50,302 bases of DNA from Nemertoderma westbladi (Eukaryota; Animalia; Xenacoelomorpha). Location of the stretch: the NCBI GenBank assembly GCA_032718475.1, contig JAUCBJ010001485.1:1-50302 (forward strand), written 5' to 3'. Each line of letters starts with the position of its first letter. Within the stretch, counting starts at the first letter, position 1. Shown one piece after another: positions 13,247 to 26,200 of this stretch. Below the pieces are notes generated by a model. The model was not told the origin of the DNA. It saw only the letters and a program-made list of their open reading frames with translations, and did no database searches. Both the position numbers and the translations under genes were made by a program.

Positions 13247-15930
13247 TTTAAAGAGTTTTTAACTAAATATTATCTGTCCTCTGTATGAATATTTAGTTGC
13301 TGGATTTATATATTGGTATTGGAATTATTATTATTATTTTATTATTAGTAATATATAGTCAATGGATAACTCGCAACCATGATGGTAGTGGTAGTGGACA
13401 TGAAGGTCATCATCAATAGTGAGACATTCGTGTACTGAAGGAATGCCTAAACTAAAGATCAACCAAAAGATCGACACGGAATTCTCATTGACTTTTACCT
13501 CGTACTCCTCAAACTCAATCGACGCCTCTAAATACAACTGGATATCAATAAGAGACAAAACTCGAGTTCTCTTACTGAACTCTTCCATCTCATCCCGCTG
13601 ATACACTCGTTTCAAGGGTTTTTTGAGTGACGCAGTTACTTGTTTTATAGAGGATACAGGGATACAGGCCGGGTATATCGAAGGAAACGCACCGGATTTT
13701 AGCGTTAAACATTGGGCATTCCTTTTGATCCATTGATCCTCAAAATGTAAAATACACACCTTGGAGTGATCATTAATAATTAGGCCTACCGATAATACAG
13801 TAATAATACAATAGGCAGATAGGCCCTAATACAGTAATAAAAATATTTCGACGCCGGCCACCGGCTGCATCAACAGGCCGAGTGCAGCATCTCTATTACA
13901 GTATTATTGCTGTATGGCCAATACAGCATATTATTGCAAATTATGCAATAATAACACTACACAGAAATAATACAGTAATACATAATAGACTACAGGACCG
14001 AGGCTATCAGATACCGGTAACTACTGAACTAACTGACTAACAGTGAGTGACAGTACAGTTGTAGGCATAAAACATAATAAAGGACAGACAAGCGACAGTG
14101 TAGAGAACTCCTGATTTCTCTTTAATTAATTTCTTTATTTAACTAAGTTATTAGAAGCTTCTTGTAGGAAGTAATTAAGAAACAACCATTATTTATAAAG
14201 AGAATCAAGTAGGCCCACTAAATTTAGTGGGCTGCTGCAGCATACCAGGTCGTATTATAGTAGGTCAAGCCTAACCATTCCGATAACGCCTCAGAGAAAG
14301 GTTGACCTGGAAATACTACTTTTTTTTTAAACCAAAACATAAAATTAAGATATATAATACAACTTCCAATGCGATAAGCCATTGGACATATCCACCTATA
14401 CATATCAACCATAGTTATAAAGTTACTATAGAGTTCGAATTAATGTTGGAAACCAGGGAATCTTCATTGTCCTCTACGTCCATTAGATGTCAATGTTCGC
14501 ATTTGCCATGCGAATGGGGGCCTCCCAGCAGACTTGTCAATGTCGAGCGGTGCATGCACCTCGGAGGCACATTAGCCTGTCCAGATTTTAGATATCGATG
14601 GAAAATTTATAATTCTGTTGTAATTCGCAGATGAACTGGCAAACTATTAATAAAAATAGTCGGTGCAGTGAAGGAAAAGCAGCGACCACCGTAAGACTTT
14701 GAGGGTCCAGAGATAATTCGATCTTGTAGCATAGTAAATAGGTTTCAATTGTTTAGTAGTCGGGTAAATTATTATTTAAGGCCTTCCATATTATTTCGCT
14801 TAACATTTATTATATTGAAACACGAAAGCAATTGGACAACAAGCCAATATAGTGGCTTATGAGCCGTTTGCCATATACAAGCAATGACACTGGTACAGTA
14901 GTAGTAGTAGTAGTTTTTTGACGATAGTATAGGACGATATACAGTATATTAAATAATGTACAGTAATACAGATCATCCAATGAATAAGTTGAAATCTTAG
15001 AACTCTAATGAACATCTCCAATAAAATAAGTTTCTCTATCTGTACTCTTTCAAGCACATAGCACAGTTCTGCTCCATCGGCCCTTTTCAATTCTAACGTT
15101 GTGTGACATCAAGCGTAGTCTATAGAAACTGACACTCAAATAATTGGGTGCATACTGTAACTTATTTGTGTATAACGGATGCGTACTGAGGTCTGTCTGG
15201 ATTGAGAATTTCCCTGTATGTACAAAATTTAGTCGCTGTGTCCAGCCTTTAAAGAGTTTTTAACTGAATATTATCTGTCCTCTGTATGAATATTTAGTTA
15301 CTGGATTTATATATTGGTATTGGAATTATTATTATTATTTTATTATTAGTAATATATAGTCAATGGATTTCCATATCAATGAAAGGTTTCCGGATCCAAG
15401 CAACCTATCCAAAATGAGTAGCCTGGAGCCCCCAATTTACCAGTGTTTCCGCATTCTTCAATTTATTCCGACAATGGGTAGCAGTTGAGTTTATTGAATC
15501 GGTTGGTTACCTGAGCAACGACCTTGTTGATACGGTCTTTCGAAATAGGATAATCTATGGTGGCAGTGTCATAGACTCCAGTGTAGCTACAAACTTACAA
15601 GTATCAACCTTGCTATGAGTTAAACCTTTATTCCCCAATTTTGGAGTCGCACAACTCATTGAATAAATAGTCCCGACTAAATTCTCTGACCTAAGAGCGA
15701 TAAGTGAAAGCATTTCCCCAGGATGGAGCGATGTATCTAAGAAAGTGCCGCATGCTCCAAATCACTCTGCAACTGGATAACACTGACAGCCTTGACGAAT
15801 TGGACTGCGTCGGAGGTCGCCAGAGCCAGGTCTATTTCAGAAATCCATGTATCACCCCTGCGGAATTTGAGCCCTCCCCCCAAACACGGAGTCGAGTCAT
15901 GGGTAGTTATTCAATCGGATGTCTGTTATT

Positions 15931-17178
15931 CAGGGCGACTGACTCTAGTTGTCACATCCCAGGATATCCTGGAAGGATATCCTAGTATATACCACGGTAG
16001 TTTGAGTCTGAAATCATGGGATATACCGGGCTTTTATAAAAGTACTCAATTACACATGCGAATTTTATCCATTTACATTGTTTACATGTATGATTTACTC
16101 AATATTATTTTGTTTACAAATATGATTTTGATTTACTCAATATTATTTTACTTTACTCTTTACTCAATATTATGCAATTTACCCAATATTACTAATTACA
16201 TTATAAAGTAAAGCAATTGAGTCAGTTATCATTGAGTGAGTTTAACAGTTTTAAAGTTATATTGAGTGGGCATTGGCAGTCGTCGGTCAGTTGGGCAATC
16301 TTATTTATCAGCATTAACTTTCAAAACCTTCAAACATTTCACAATTTTGGATACCTTTTCTGGTTAAAGTTTGCCTTTTCTGAGATACAGAAGGTAGTTG
16401 CGGCAATCATGAAAATTTCATTCAACTGAACAATTATTTGGTACAACAAATTCACTGCAAAGAGCTTCTTAATCTTGGCTGGAGGAGGCATCACCTTCTC
16501 ATTGTGGCTCTCACTATCATCACTCTCAGTCGAGGAAGTGGTGGACAGTACAAGTTTTTATGGCCTGACCGGAAGCATCATCATCTTGAGCCCATTTGGT
16601 TGGGTATTGTTTGTGGCACTTAATAACATGATTTTTTCGGTTGTCAGTTCGAGTTGAAACTCTTGTACCACACCTGAGGCAGTTTGATTCATCATCGAAA
16701 AATTGGTGCAGTTCCGATCTTGGTTTTTACCAACAGTAGCCATTTAAATATAATATATAATGTAAAATATTAATATATACTAATATATACCTTACCTACT
16801 AATGTATAATATTAATAGGCCTTGCTCATTAGCATGCCGGTACCACATACTAACATAAATACAATGCAGTAGAAGGCACTGTTTCCTGTCTGTCTTTTCT
16901 GCATAGTGCAAATATTCCTGATGTGAGTACAGTACTGCTACAAATTATACAATTGTTATTCCAGTAGCAGTACTGGACCAGTAGGCCTACAGCAGTACAC
17001 ACACCTGCACACAGTAGGTAATACTTAAGGCAACAAGGCTTTTGTAGTACTGCAGTATATATACAGTAGCAGGCAGCATATTATAGCTGTGCCAATATCT
17101 CAGGATATACCGAATATCCTGGGATTTCCCGACTACAATTATTTTTTGGGATTTATGCTAACTATGTGACTGACCCTG
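15931..17178 (-). mobile_element. Old hAT-like defective DNA transposon with a BED zinc-finger remnant
   Basis: It has imperfect TIRs CAGGG.. / ..CCCTG and GGATAT(A/C)CC subterminal motifs at both ends. A shifted frame at ~16600-16730 reads KPRSELHQFFDDESNCLRCGTRVSTRTDNRKNHVIKCHK. No TSD is recognisable. Confidence 0.5.
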
Positions 17179-18497
17179 TTGCAGTGAGTATTCTTGTCAA
17201 TTTCTTTCTGCTGGCATTTAAGGGGAGCAGTCCTGTAATTTTTTTCCATTCATTTACTAATAACACATTGGTACACTTTACAGGATTACTAAATGTTCAA
17301 TAATGATCATGTTTACAGTTTCTGGCACAGAATCTTATTGCGGATCGTGTGGGTTAAAAAATTTCTTAAAAAAATTTTATTTTGAACCAAAATTTTGGAA
17401 AAATTTGGTGCCAGCACAGAAAATTCCAAAATGTTAGTTTCGGAAATATTGTTTTGACAAACCGAAGCGTAATTTGTAATTTAATCAGGATAACTATTGA
17501 CTGGCTGAATTCAGTGGAAAAAACTGATCTAGAATCTCAAATTAAAAATAATAGACAGCCTGGAAATTGTCACAAAATGGTACCGAAACTTTTAAAAATC
17601 CACAATCCGAGAAAAACAGCATTAAACATTTTTATTTGAAAAACCCGCTTTTTCTCAAACTTAATTTTAAAATGAGTGAAGATATCTAACTTTTTCCACT
17701 AATTTCCAGATATTTAGAGAAAAAAAATAATTTCACTATTTTTTTTTTTATATAAATTAGTGAAAAGGTTTTTTTTTACTTTTTTTTATAAAATTAGTAA
17801 AAAAATACTTGTTTTCACATTTTTCTTGAAAATTAGTGAAAATAATGTGATTTTTATTGAGATTTGTCTCCGGCTGTCGTTCCGTTCGGCGACATGAAGG
17901 CTGAACGGATGAGATTTTTAATTAGCCATTTTAATTAATTAATTTGATTAATTAATTATCATGTTTTTAATTATAATTGGCTAATAACAAAAAAATTTAA
18001 TATTTATCAAAATTCCATAAGATAACTTTTAAAGAGCTGCCAAAGCTCGTTCGAATGTACCAAAAAAAGAAAATTGGTTTGAAAATGACGGAGGAGTAGT
18101 AATTTGAAATTGAAAAAATGTCATTCCGAGAAAATGCCCTTGAAAGTTTAAACCTTCCAGCCAAAATTGGTCTGTGATCTGGTTGGTTAATCATTTCTGA
18201 CACGAAGGATGCACACAAACGAGTTAAAAATATCATTACGGGGGTTTTCGGGGTCGCTGATTTAATTACCGATGTCAGTTTTAATGTTTAGTGGAATCTA
18301 GCCAGTCTATCTGTCTGTCGGTCTTCTGTCATTCTTACAATTGGACGGACAGACCGTCATACGGAAAAACACCAATAACTTGAGAACGTGAAGGGGTCTC
18401 ACTAATCGGTTTTCAGATTTACAATCCTCATAAAATAGTTATTATTTCATAATTAATGCTCATCTTAATATTCTAATACGAAATTACATTTCTCAAG

Positions 18498-18670
18498 CAT
18501 GTGGAAGAATCAATTATACAGAACCGGTTGGCACAATAACATCCCCCAATTATCCTACTGGCTATTACAACGACCTCAACTGCGAATATCACATTAATCT
18601 AAAACCTGGAAACACTATGCAGCTGACTGTTACAGACTTTAGCACTCAGACAACAAGTGACAAACTAATT
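18498..18670 (+). CDS. Host gene exon, N-terminal half of a CUB domain (phase 1-0)
   Basis: It has a tctcaAG acceptor and GTAAGT donor. It translates as CGRINYTEPVGTITSPNYPTGYYNDLNCEYHINLKPGNTMQLTVTDFSTQTTSDKLI, which has the CUB G.I.SPNYP..Y...NC.Y.I motif. The phase is compatible with the FN2 exon. It is not in the ORF track. Confidence 0.9.
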
Positions 18671-18782
18671 GTAAGTTCATTATGGGTTGTTACTGGTAAA
18701 TTAACATGAAAACTGCAAGCAACACGAGCTACAAGCTCTCGTTTCAGATGTTTCATATCGATTAAATAAATAATATGAGCCT

Positions 18783-19475
18783 TGTACACGGTTCCATTTA
18801 CTTAGTATTCTGCAAACAAAAATGGCCATATGGATGATTTAGATCAGCAGAACTTCTGTGCAATATTATATATTTGGGGCCCCATTGGATCAGTTATTGC
18901 ATTTAGTTGCCCCTATAGAAGACTACTTCGTCTTCTTAATGCTTTATGACAGTATTATATCAGGCGCTGATCCAATGTAACCCCCCTTGTGTAACTGTTA
19001 TAATGTTGTGCAGTGCATACATATTAATTTATTGAGTTGGCCTGTAATCTATCCTAAGTGATTTCTAGTGTAACTGCCAATGGGATTGCTTAGTGAGCAA
19101 CCAGCTGGAGTGAATTGATTACCACATTGTTCTTTGTACATTTCTGCATATTTAAGGCAGTGTAGTTAATATCCCGGCAGTCACCTAGAGTCATTTACGG
19201 TAACGATATTATTAGGTGTTTACCCGTTTATACTGGGAGCACAAATTCTTAAGATTGTTATTCATATTATATTATTATTAGAATATACTATCTCTAATCT
19301 GAATTCTCTCTTTTATAATTTGTTAACAACCATGCATAAAATGGAAACAGCGTTCCTGGGAGAGCTCCTATTCCTCACCGATAGATCCTTAGCCCCAATC
19401 TAGTTTCTGCTGCTAGCCGATCAACTCAATTCTTTCCCTTTCAAAAAACTCACGAACCTAACGCATTCGTGTACA
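18783..19475 (+). repeat. 5' LTR (693 bp)
   Basis: It has an 8-bp terminal inverted repeat TGTACACG...CGTGTACA and matches 29004-29696 apart from one substitution seen by eye. Confidence 0.97.
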
Positions 19476-19476
19476 A

Positions 19477-19488
19477 TAAGAATTTGTG
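19477..19488 (+). promoter_or_regulatory. Putative self-priming PBS TAAGAATTTGTG (complementary to LTR positions 19240-19251)
   Basis: It lies at the PBS position, 1 nt after the LTR, and lacks TGG. It is the exact reverse complement of CACAAATTCTTA inside the LTR. Its function is inferred. Confidence 0.6.
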
Positions 19489-20215
19489 TGCAGCGAATTG
19501 GTGCGTTCCATCTCGCCGAAAGAGTTGAAGTTTTGGAAGCAGACTATCTGTTGGACTACGGATTTTCTAAAGGAGACATCGTATCTAAAGGTTGATCTTA
19601 TCTATCTATTCACCGACTCTAGGATGATTAGAGAAATTTCTTTATCAGGCTAAGTACCCGTTATTTATTACTTCGTGACTGAATGAAATTCTAACAGGCT
19701 ACTAAACTCGATTCAGAAGTTATTCTCGCTAACATTGCGTCATATGTTTTCCGGTCGTTAGGGACACATCGGGCAAACCGACGTTGTTTGTCCGCCGGTA
19801 CTCTCGTATCTGTAAACGAGGGATTATAATCCCTAGCCTCACGAAATAATTTTCGTTGTGTTAGTTACTTTTGGCTGTTTTTTTTTTAAGTTCTGCTGAT
19901 CGTATTTTGGTACATTGGTTTAATGATTTCGGCCAATGATTTTATAATTTGTTAATATTCTGTCATAATTTTTGCAAGACGACTCATACTGCCCGGTGCG
20001 AAAACCATTCATATCCGGTCGGTTGTTTTAAGACAATTTTTACCCTGATCTTTCCGTATTATAAACGGAATTATTATACCGTTGGTGAGCTCTGTAAATA
20101 ATTGGTTTAATTATTTTCAGGTTGCCTGCGGGTAATTTACCTTTTGTATGCTTGGTTTATTTTGTGTTAAATTTTTTAGGACTTTAGTATACTGCACGTT
20201 TATTGCTACAAGAAA

Positions 20216-23200
20216 ATGTCAAGTCTTAATGTTGGTATAGGACCTGGATCCCCAAGGAGTGGAGTGTCTCTGGTTGGTGACCCGTTGCTGGTTGGCGCCC
20301 CCATCGCTGACCTCACTGCGGCAAGTCATTCCGAGTTGGTGTCCGGCCACAAACCGTCCATTCCAGCACCAGCTGATATCACATTAAGTACAGCGGTCGC
20401 GTTGAAAAGGTCTCACTATCGGGGTGAGCCGTGTTATGATGAGGGCCCGCGGCATGCCCCCATTGGTTCAGCAAAGGGCCCCTTAACTCGCCTGAGGGGC
20501 AACGGTGCCCCCAGCTCAAACATGGTTGCTAGTGTGACAAGTGTGGGTACCATAAACCGAGGTTTGGGACAACTCTATCGCCACCTGGAATCGGAGTGTG
20601 AGGAGATCAACAAAGCACGGGTAAGTTCCACTGTTGACTCTGCCATTTTATACACACTGACACAGAAACTCATTGCCAGGTTTGTCAAGATTAAGGATCG
20701 TGTAACACAATTAGAGCGTTACTATGAGTGTAATGGAACCAGAGAGGACTATGAACAGGTAACTTCTAAGTTTAATTATTATAGAGACTTGTACCATAAA
20801 GCTATTGAGACTCCAGCTCATTCTGTAAGTATCCAGGTCACTCCCCCTAGAGAAGTAATTAAAGCTATTACCCACCCGCCCTCAGAGGTACAGAATCTGC
20901 AAAGGACATCCGGTGAAGTATTAAACTCTAATTATTATGGCCCGCCTGGGCCAGAACAGGTAGTTGGTGGCACCGCTAATTTAAACATCGATGCTTTAAA
21001 TCCCAATAAGGTTAGTACTTACTCTGTGGGACATGGGGTCCCTAGGCAAAGACAGGTTAGTGTGGGGGGTGCATCACATTTGTCAGGTAGCTCCTCGAGC
21101 TCATCCAAAGTTCAGCGGCTCGCCGAAGCCAAATTAGCAGAACTAGAAAGCATCCAGGCTCAAGAGACCCTTAGGCGCCAGGAAATTGTTGACCATGAAC
21201 GCCATCGTATTCAAGTAGACCTTGAGGCTACACGAATTTCGGAGGCCGGCCAAGAAACTATCTTGAAAGCCACAAAAGCAGCTGAGAAGGCTAAGGAACA
21301 AGCAGATGAAGAAACTAGGAAGGCAGAAGCACAGGCCATCAAAGCTGTTGCTGAGGTCAAACGTGTAGCTGCGGCCAATGAACGTCTACAGGTACTTGAA
21401 AGTGCTGAGTTATGGTGTCGAGCGCAAAATGTCAGGGACCAATGTAGTCTTCGCACCAGAATTTTGGAAGCTGAAGGCAGCGCCCCTGAAGGTGAGGAAT
21501 TCGCCAGTGTAATGCATGTTGATTTGCCTCTAGTTGCAACCGGATATTCAGTGGCCCATCCAGAACCTGCAAGCACAAGTACCAGCCAGTTTGTTCCACA
21601 GGTACGACAGGTAGACAAACCCATATATTCCAGTAACATAGGTGATAGCATATTTACTACACCGCAGCCTGAACATCAACCGTCTACTCGACCACATCGA
21701 CTGAAATTTGACAATCATGTTCAGGCTGCTCGTACTCCTAGGTTTTTAGATAGACAAGTTAAAAGTAGTTCCACTCACACTTACACCCTCAGTCTAGGTA
21801 AATCTCCTGAAAATCATTATATTCCCCAACCTAGTAAGGGCGACCTTCCTTGTGCCCAGGTGCTTTATAAAACATCAGATAGTGAGCATCTCCCACAAGA
21901 TGAGCCAGGTTCCGTCATAGAACCCCCCAATTGGGAACCTCCCATAGAAAGGGCCCCTTACCAGTTATCTAAGGGACCGCTGACCCCACAGTTTTATGCA
22001 AGGCCAACCTACTTAGATCAGCATAACAATAGTAGTGAGTCCCACAACCAATGCAGATCACAAAACAACACTGACCCAGTCATACACCACAAGGGGTATA
22101 CTGATAGGAGTAGGCACCTTGACTCCAGGAGAACTGGAGGCCATCTGTCTGGTGATCCTGGTGGGGGGCCCAGTGATCCCGACAGTGATAATGACCGATC
22201 TACAGACCGGCGGGGCAGAGATGGACGCCAATCACGTCGTACCTCCCCTAGACATTATTCATATAATTCACCCAATATGGGAATGTTAGAGGTTTATGAG
22301 CGTTTAGCATTGGCTCTAGAAGCCCCACGAGCTGACCCAACGCCATTTCTTGGGGATCCCAAGAAATTTGTGTCTTTTAAAAATCGCTTTATGGCTCAAG
22401 TGCATTCGAAAGATGTCACTGATGACATCAAATTACGCCATTTGGTCACCTATGTTAAAGGTGAACCTCTGGACCTCATAGAGCATTTTGAGGGTATGAC
22501 TAATGGATATCAGCTGGCATGGGAAACCCTAGAAAAGAACTATGGGAATCCGGCTTTAATAATTAAGGCTGTCATCGAGGATGTCACACGATGTCGCTTT
22601 CCCATAGAAACACCTAGTGATGTAAGGAGGTATGCCCATGATGTGCGACGCACTATGGATGTGCTATGGACTTTAAATTGCCCACAGTACGTCAACAACC
22701 CCGATTTTATTCAGCGAGTAGCTGTGAACCTTAATGATAGGATGAGGTTACGGTGGGCGAGGAGAGTTGCTAGGTTTAGACAGGACCGAGGAAGTGACCC
22801 AGGACTTAGACAGTTAGTGGCTTTCTTAGAAGAGGAATCTGACGTCCTAAACTGTCCTATGTATGGTAGGCCAGCTGCTGAATCTATTCTCAGAGAAAGG
22901 ATGGGGGACAAATTCCATGGTTTTGGGACAAAACCATTGCCATTAGCAGGTGACAAGTGTGACCGCTGGGCTGCTCGTGATGTTCATCACGTCCCGGAGA
23001 CACCACGCTTCCCCTCAATCGACGGTAAACAACGGCTTATGACGTCATTCCATGAGGAACATTGTGTAGTTCCTGAGGTTATGGAGGAACCATCCTTTTC
23101 AGAAGCTAGCGGTGTGGATACTGACAACATTGATAAATTTTCCTGTGAGGCTTATGCAGTAAATCCACAGCATTCCTGCCAAATGTGTAAGGAGAATCAT

Positions 23201-26200
23201 GGTTTATTTAACTGTCAGCGGTTTCGTGAAATATCTCCGAGGGCAAGGTGGGAGTTTGTAGTTGAACATAAGCTATGTCTGAGATGTTTGAGACGTGGAC
23301 ATTGGCGTGATGGGTGCAAAGCCCAGTTCCGTTGCAAGGAGTGTCAGCGACCCCATTCCTCACTGCTGCACCCCGAAAATTTTGAAACAAAGGACACTGA
23401 TGAGCGACTAAAAAACTTTTATGCGGCGAAACGAGACGATGCCTCTTCGAGACTAAAGGATTACTTACCAGATAAGGTAACACAGAGTAGGCCACCATAT
23501 GGAATATATCAAAGAGTAACAGCTATGGCTACTGATATGATGGACCGCAGAGTCCAGGGGACAGATCAGACTGCTTTAGCTGCGGTATTCCTTAAGGTAC
23601 TCCCTCTAGCGGTTTCAAATGCCGCAACTGGGGCAGTACTGACTACATTTGTGCTGCTCGATGACGGTTCTACAGGTACGTTTTTGGACGCCCATGTAGC
23701 GAAGTGTTTAGACATGAACTTGCAGGCGCTAAATATTTCAATTAATACTGTACTTACTAAGGATGAAACCAGAACAGTTATGCAGAGTAACTGTCGAGTA
23801 TCATCAGTAATGCCAAACACCGACATGGTTCTGGCGCTAAATGATGTGGTGGTCATGGATGGACTAAGTTTGAGGTATTCTAGACCGGGGTCGTGGTCTC
23901 TAGAACAACTGTCTTATTTGAGGGACATAGACTTAGCATATCCAGAAGTGGATGTTGACAAGATTTCCATGATTGTTGGCTTAAATAATCCGTTGGTGCA
24001 CAAAACACTTGAGGAGGTGTGGGGTCCAACAGATTACGACAAGTTGCACAATCCTCACGCAGTTAGAACACCTTTAGGTTGGACATTAGCAGGTCCCATT
24101 ACATCAACTGTGGCAAACTCATGCTTGGGCTCGAATGAAAATTATAAGGCATCTGCTGATTCATCCCCTCGCATACGAAATGGCTCAGTAGCTCAACCTC
24201 TTGAATTATTAGGAGCATCAACTAATTTTGCTGACAATAAGGATAAAGTCTTTGTATATCATATAGACTGTTGTCCCTGGAGGGGAGACAACAGAATGGA
24301 CGACGAAATAACATCGGACTTGATGACTAAGTATTTTGACTCAGAAGCATTTTATTGTCCATCTAAAATGCAGACCAAATCAGTAGAGGATCGCAGGTGT
24401 GAGGAAATTTTAGATGCCACTACAACCTTTGTTAACGGACACTACTCTGTAGGTATGCTGTGGCGTGATGCTAACAAACCATTAATCAATAATAAACAAC
24501 TTGCTATTTCCCGATTACGTTGGATTAAGCGAAAGTTAAAGGGTATGCCCGAGGAACATAAAAAGTACCAGGAAGCTCTACATGACTATGAAATAAAGGG
24601 TTATGCTCGTAGGTTATCAATGGAAGACAAATTAGCACCAGACGGACCAAGGAAATATTATGTCCCTACTCATCCTGTTTGGAATCCAAATAAGCCAGGT
24701 AAACTGCGCATAGTTAACGATGCAGCCGCCACATATCGAGGTATGAGTTTAAATAGTGAACTTATGGAAGGACCTAACAATTATAACTCGATCCTGGATG
24801 TTCTACTTAGATTCAGGGAACATAGGTTTGTATTTGCATGTGATGTAGCCGAGATGTTTCATCAGGTTAGGACTCCTCCGAGGGACTCTCAATCTCAGAA
24901 TATCCTATGGTATGAAGGTGATGTTGAACCAGCCGATTTTAGTGGATATATTGTTTATCAGATGCTAGTTAGCATGTTCGGGGCCAAGGACTCTCCTTGT
25001 AGGGCCACCCATGCATTACGTAAGACAGCGCTAGATAATGTAGCATTGTTTGACGACAAAATAATTAAAGCAATAATACATGACTTTTATGTAGACGACG
25101 GACTACATGGTGCAGAAACAATAGACGAGACTGTGAAAACCGCCCTCGGTATTATTGAATGCTTAAAGCTTGGTGGGTTCACGTTAACAAAGTTTTTGTC
25201 GAATTCGCGCGATGTGCTTAAATGTATTCCAGCCGATAGACGTGCTAAAGAAGCAATAGACCTCAATTTTGATGAATTACCTGCGACGCGCGCTCTGGGT
25301 GTGAAATGGATGCCAGAGACGGACTACTTCACTTTTAAGATCTTTAATGAGAAGTGCACCCCCTCAAAGCGAGGCTGCGTGGCAGCAGTAGCATCTGTGT
25401 ATGACCCATTAGGTCTTATAGCGCCAATATTACTCAAGGGTAAGCAATTTATACAAAAATTATGGAGTCAGAAACTGGCATGGGACACAAAACTAGACAT
25501 TAAACTAGACACAGAGTGGAATGCTTGGTATGCGAATCTGCCAGTACTGGCGAAGTTAGAGATTCCGCGTTCATATTTTTATGGCCAAGTTAGAGACCCT
25601 ACAGACATCTACGAACTACATCACTTTTGTGACGCTAGTAAAGTTGGTTACGGTTGCATATCTTACATTAGACGAGTACAGAGATTGGGGGACATAACAT
25701 GCGCCATGGTGCACGCTAAGACTCGGACGGCTCCAATCAAACAGGTTGATATCACAAGGTTAGAGTTGCAGTCAGCACTACTTCTAGTCCGCAGTCACAG
25801 ACAGATAATTAATGCACTCACATTACCGTTTGATGCTATCTGGTTTTATTCAGACTCCAAAATAGTACTTTGCCAGATAGCGAACGAAGCGCGTAAGTTC
25901 GACACTTATGTAGCCAATCGTGTAGAAGAGATACATAGATTTACCATTCCAGAACAATGGAGGCATGTTCCCGGGAGTAAAAACCCTGCGGATATAGCTA
26001 GTAGAGGGGTAAGTCCAGACGACTTCGTTGAAATATATCAGGACTGTTGGTTCAAGGGACCACGTTTCCTCAGTCAACCAGTTGACCAATGGGAGGGCAG
26101 CATGCGTGGTGGGAACCCAATGGGTGGTATAGACATTCCTAAAGAATGTGAGTTAAAGCAAATTAATACTAAACAGACAAGGTCGAAAGTTGTGAGCGCA

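Larger units (their letters stand above)
9822..15368. repeat. Tandem segmental duplication of a ~2.0-kb unit: copy 1 at 9822-13367 (with piggyBac insertion), copy 2 at 13370-15368
   Basis: Identical ORFs recur at an offset of 3548 (10676/14224, 10754/14302, 11309/14857). The sequence after the piggyBac (13247-13367) matches 15248-15368, and a 2-nt AA spacer sits at the junction. Confidence 0.95.

Noticed and set aside
17217-18420. DNA transposon starting TTAAGGGGAG with AT-rich internal repeats
   Set aside because: It looks repetitive, but no matching opposite TIR, TSD or coding remnant was found.
19499-19507. TGGTGCGTT as a tRNA-Gly PBS for the BEL element
   Set aside because: It lies 23 nt from the LTR end, so priming there would add extra sequence to the LTR. 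It matches only ~9 nt and pairs with U5. It is not fully excluded.
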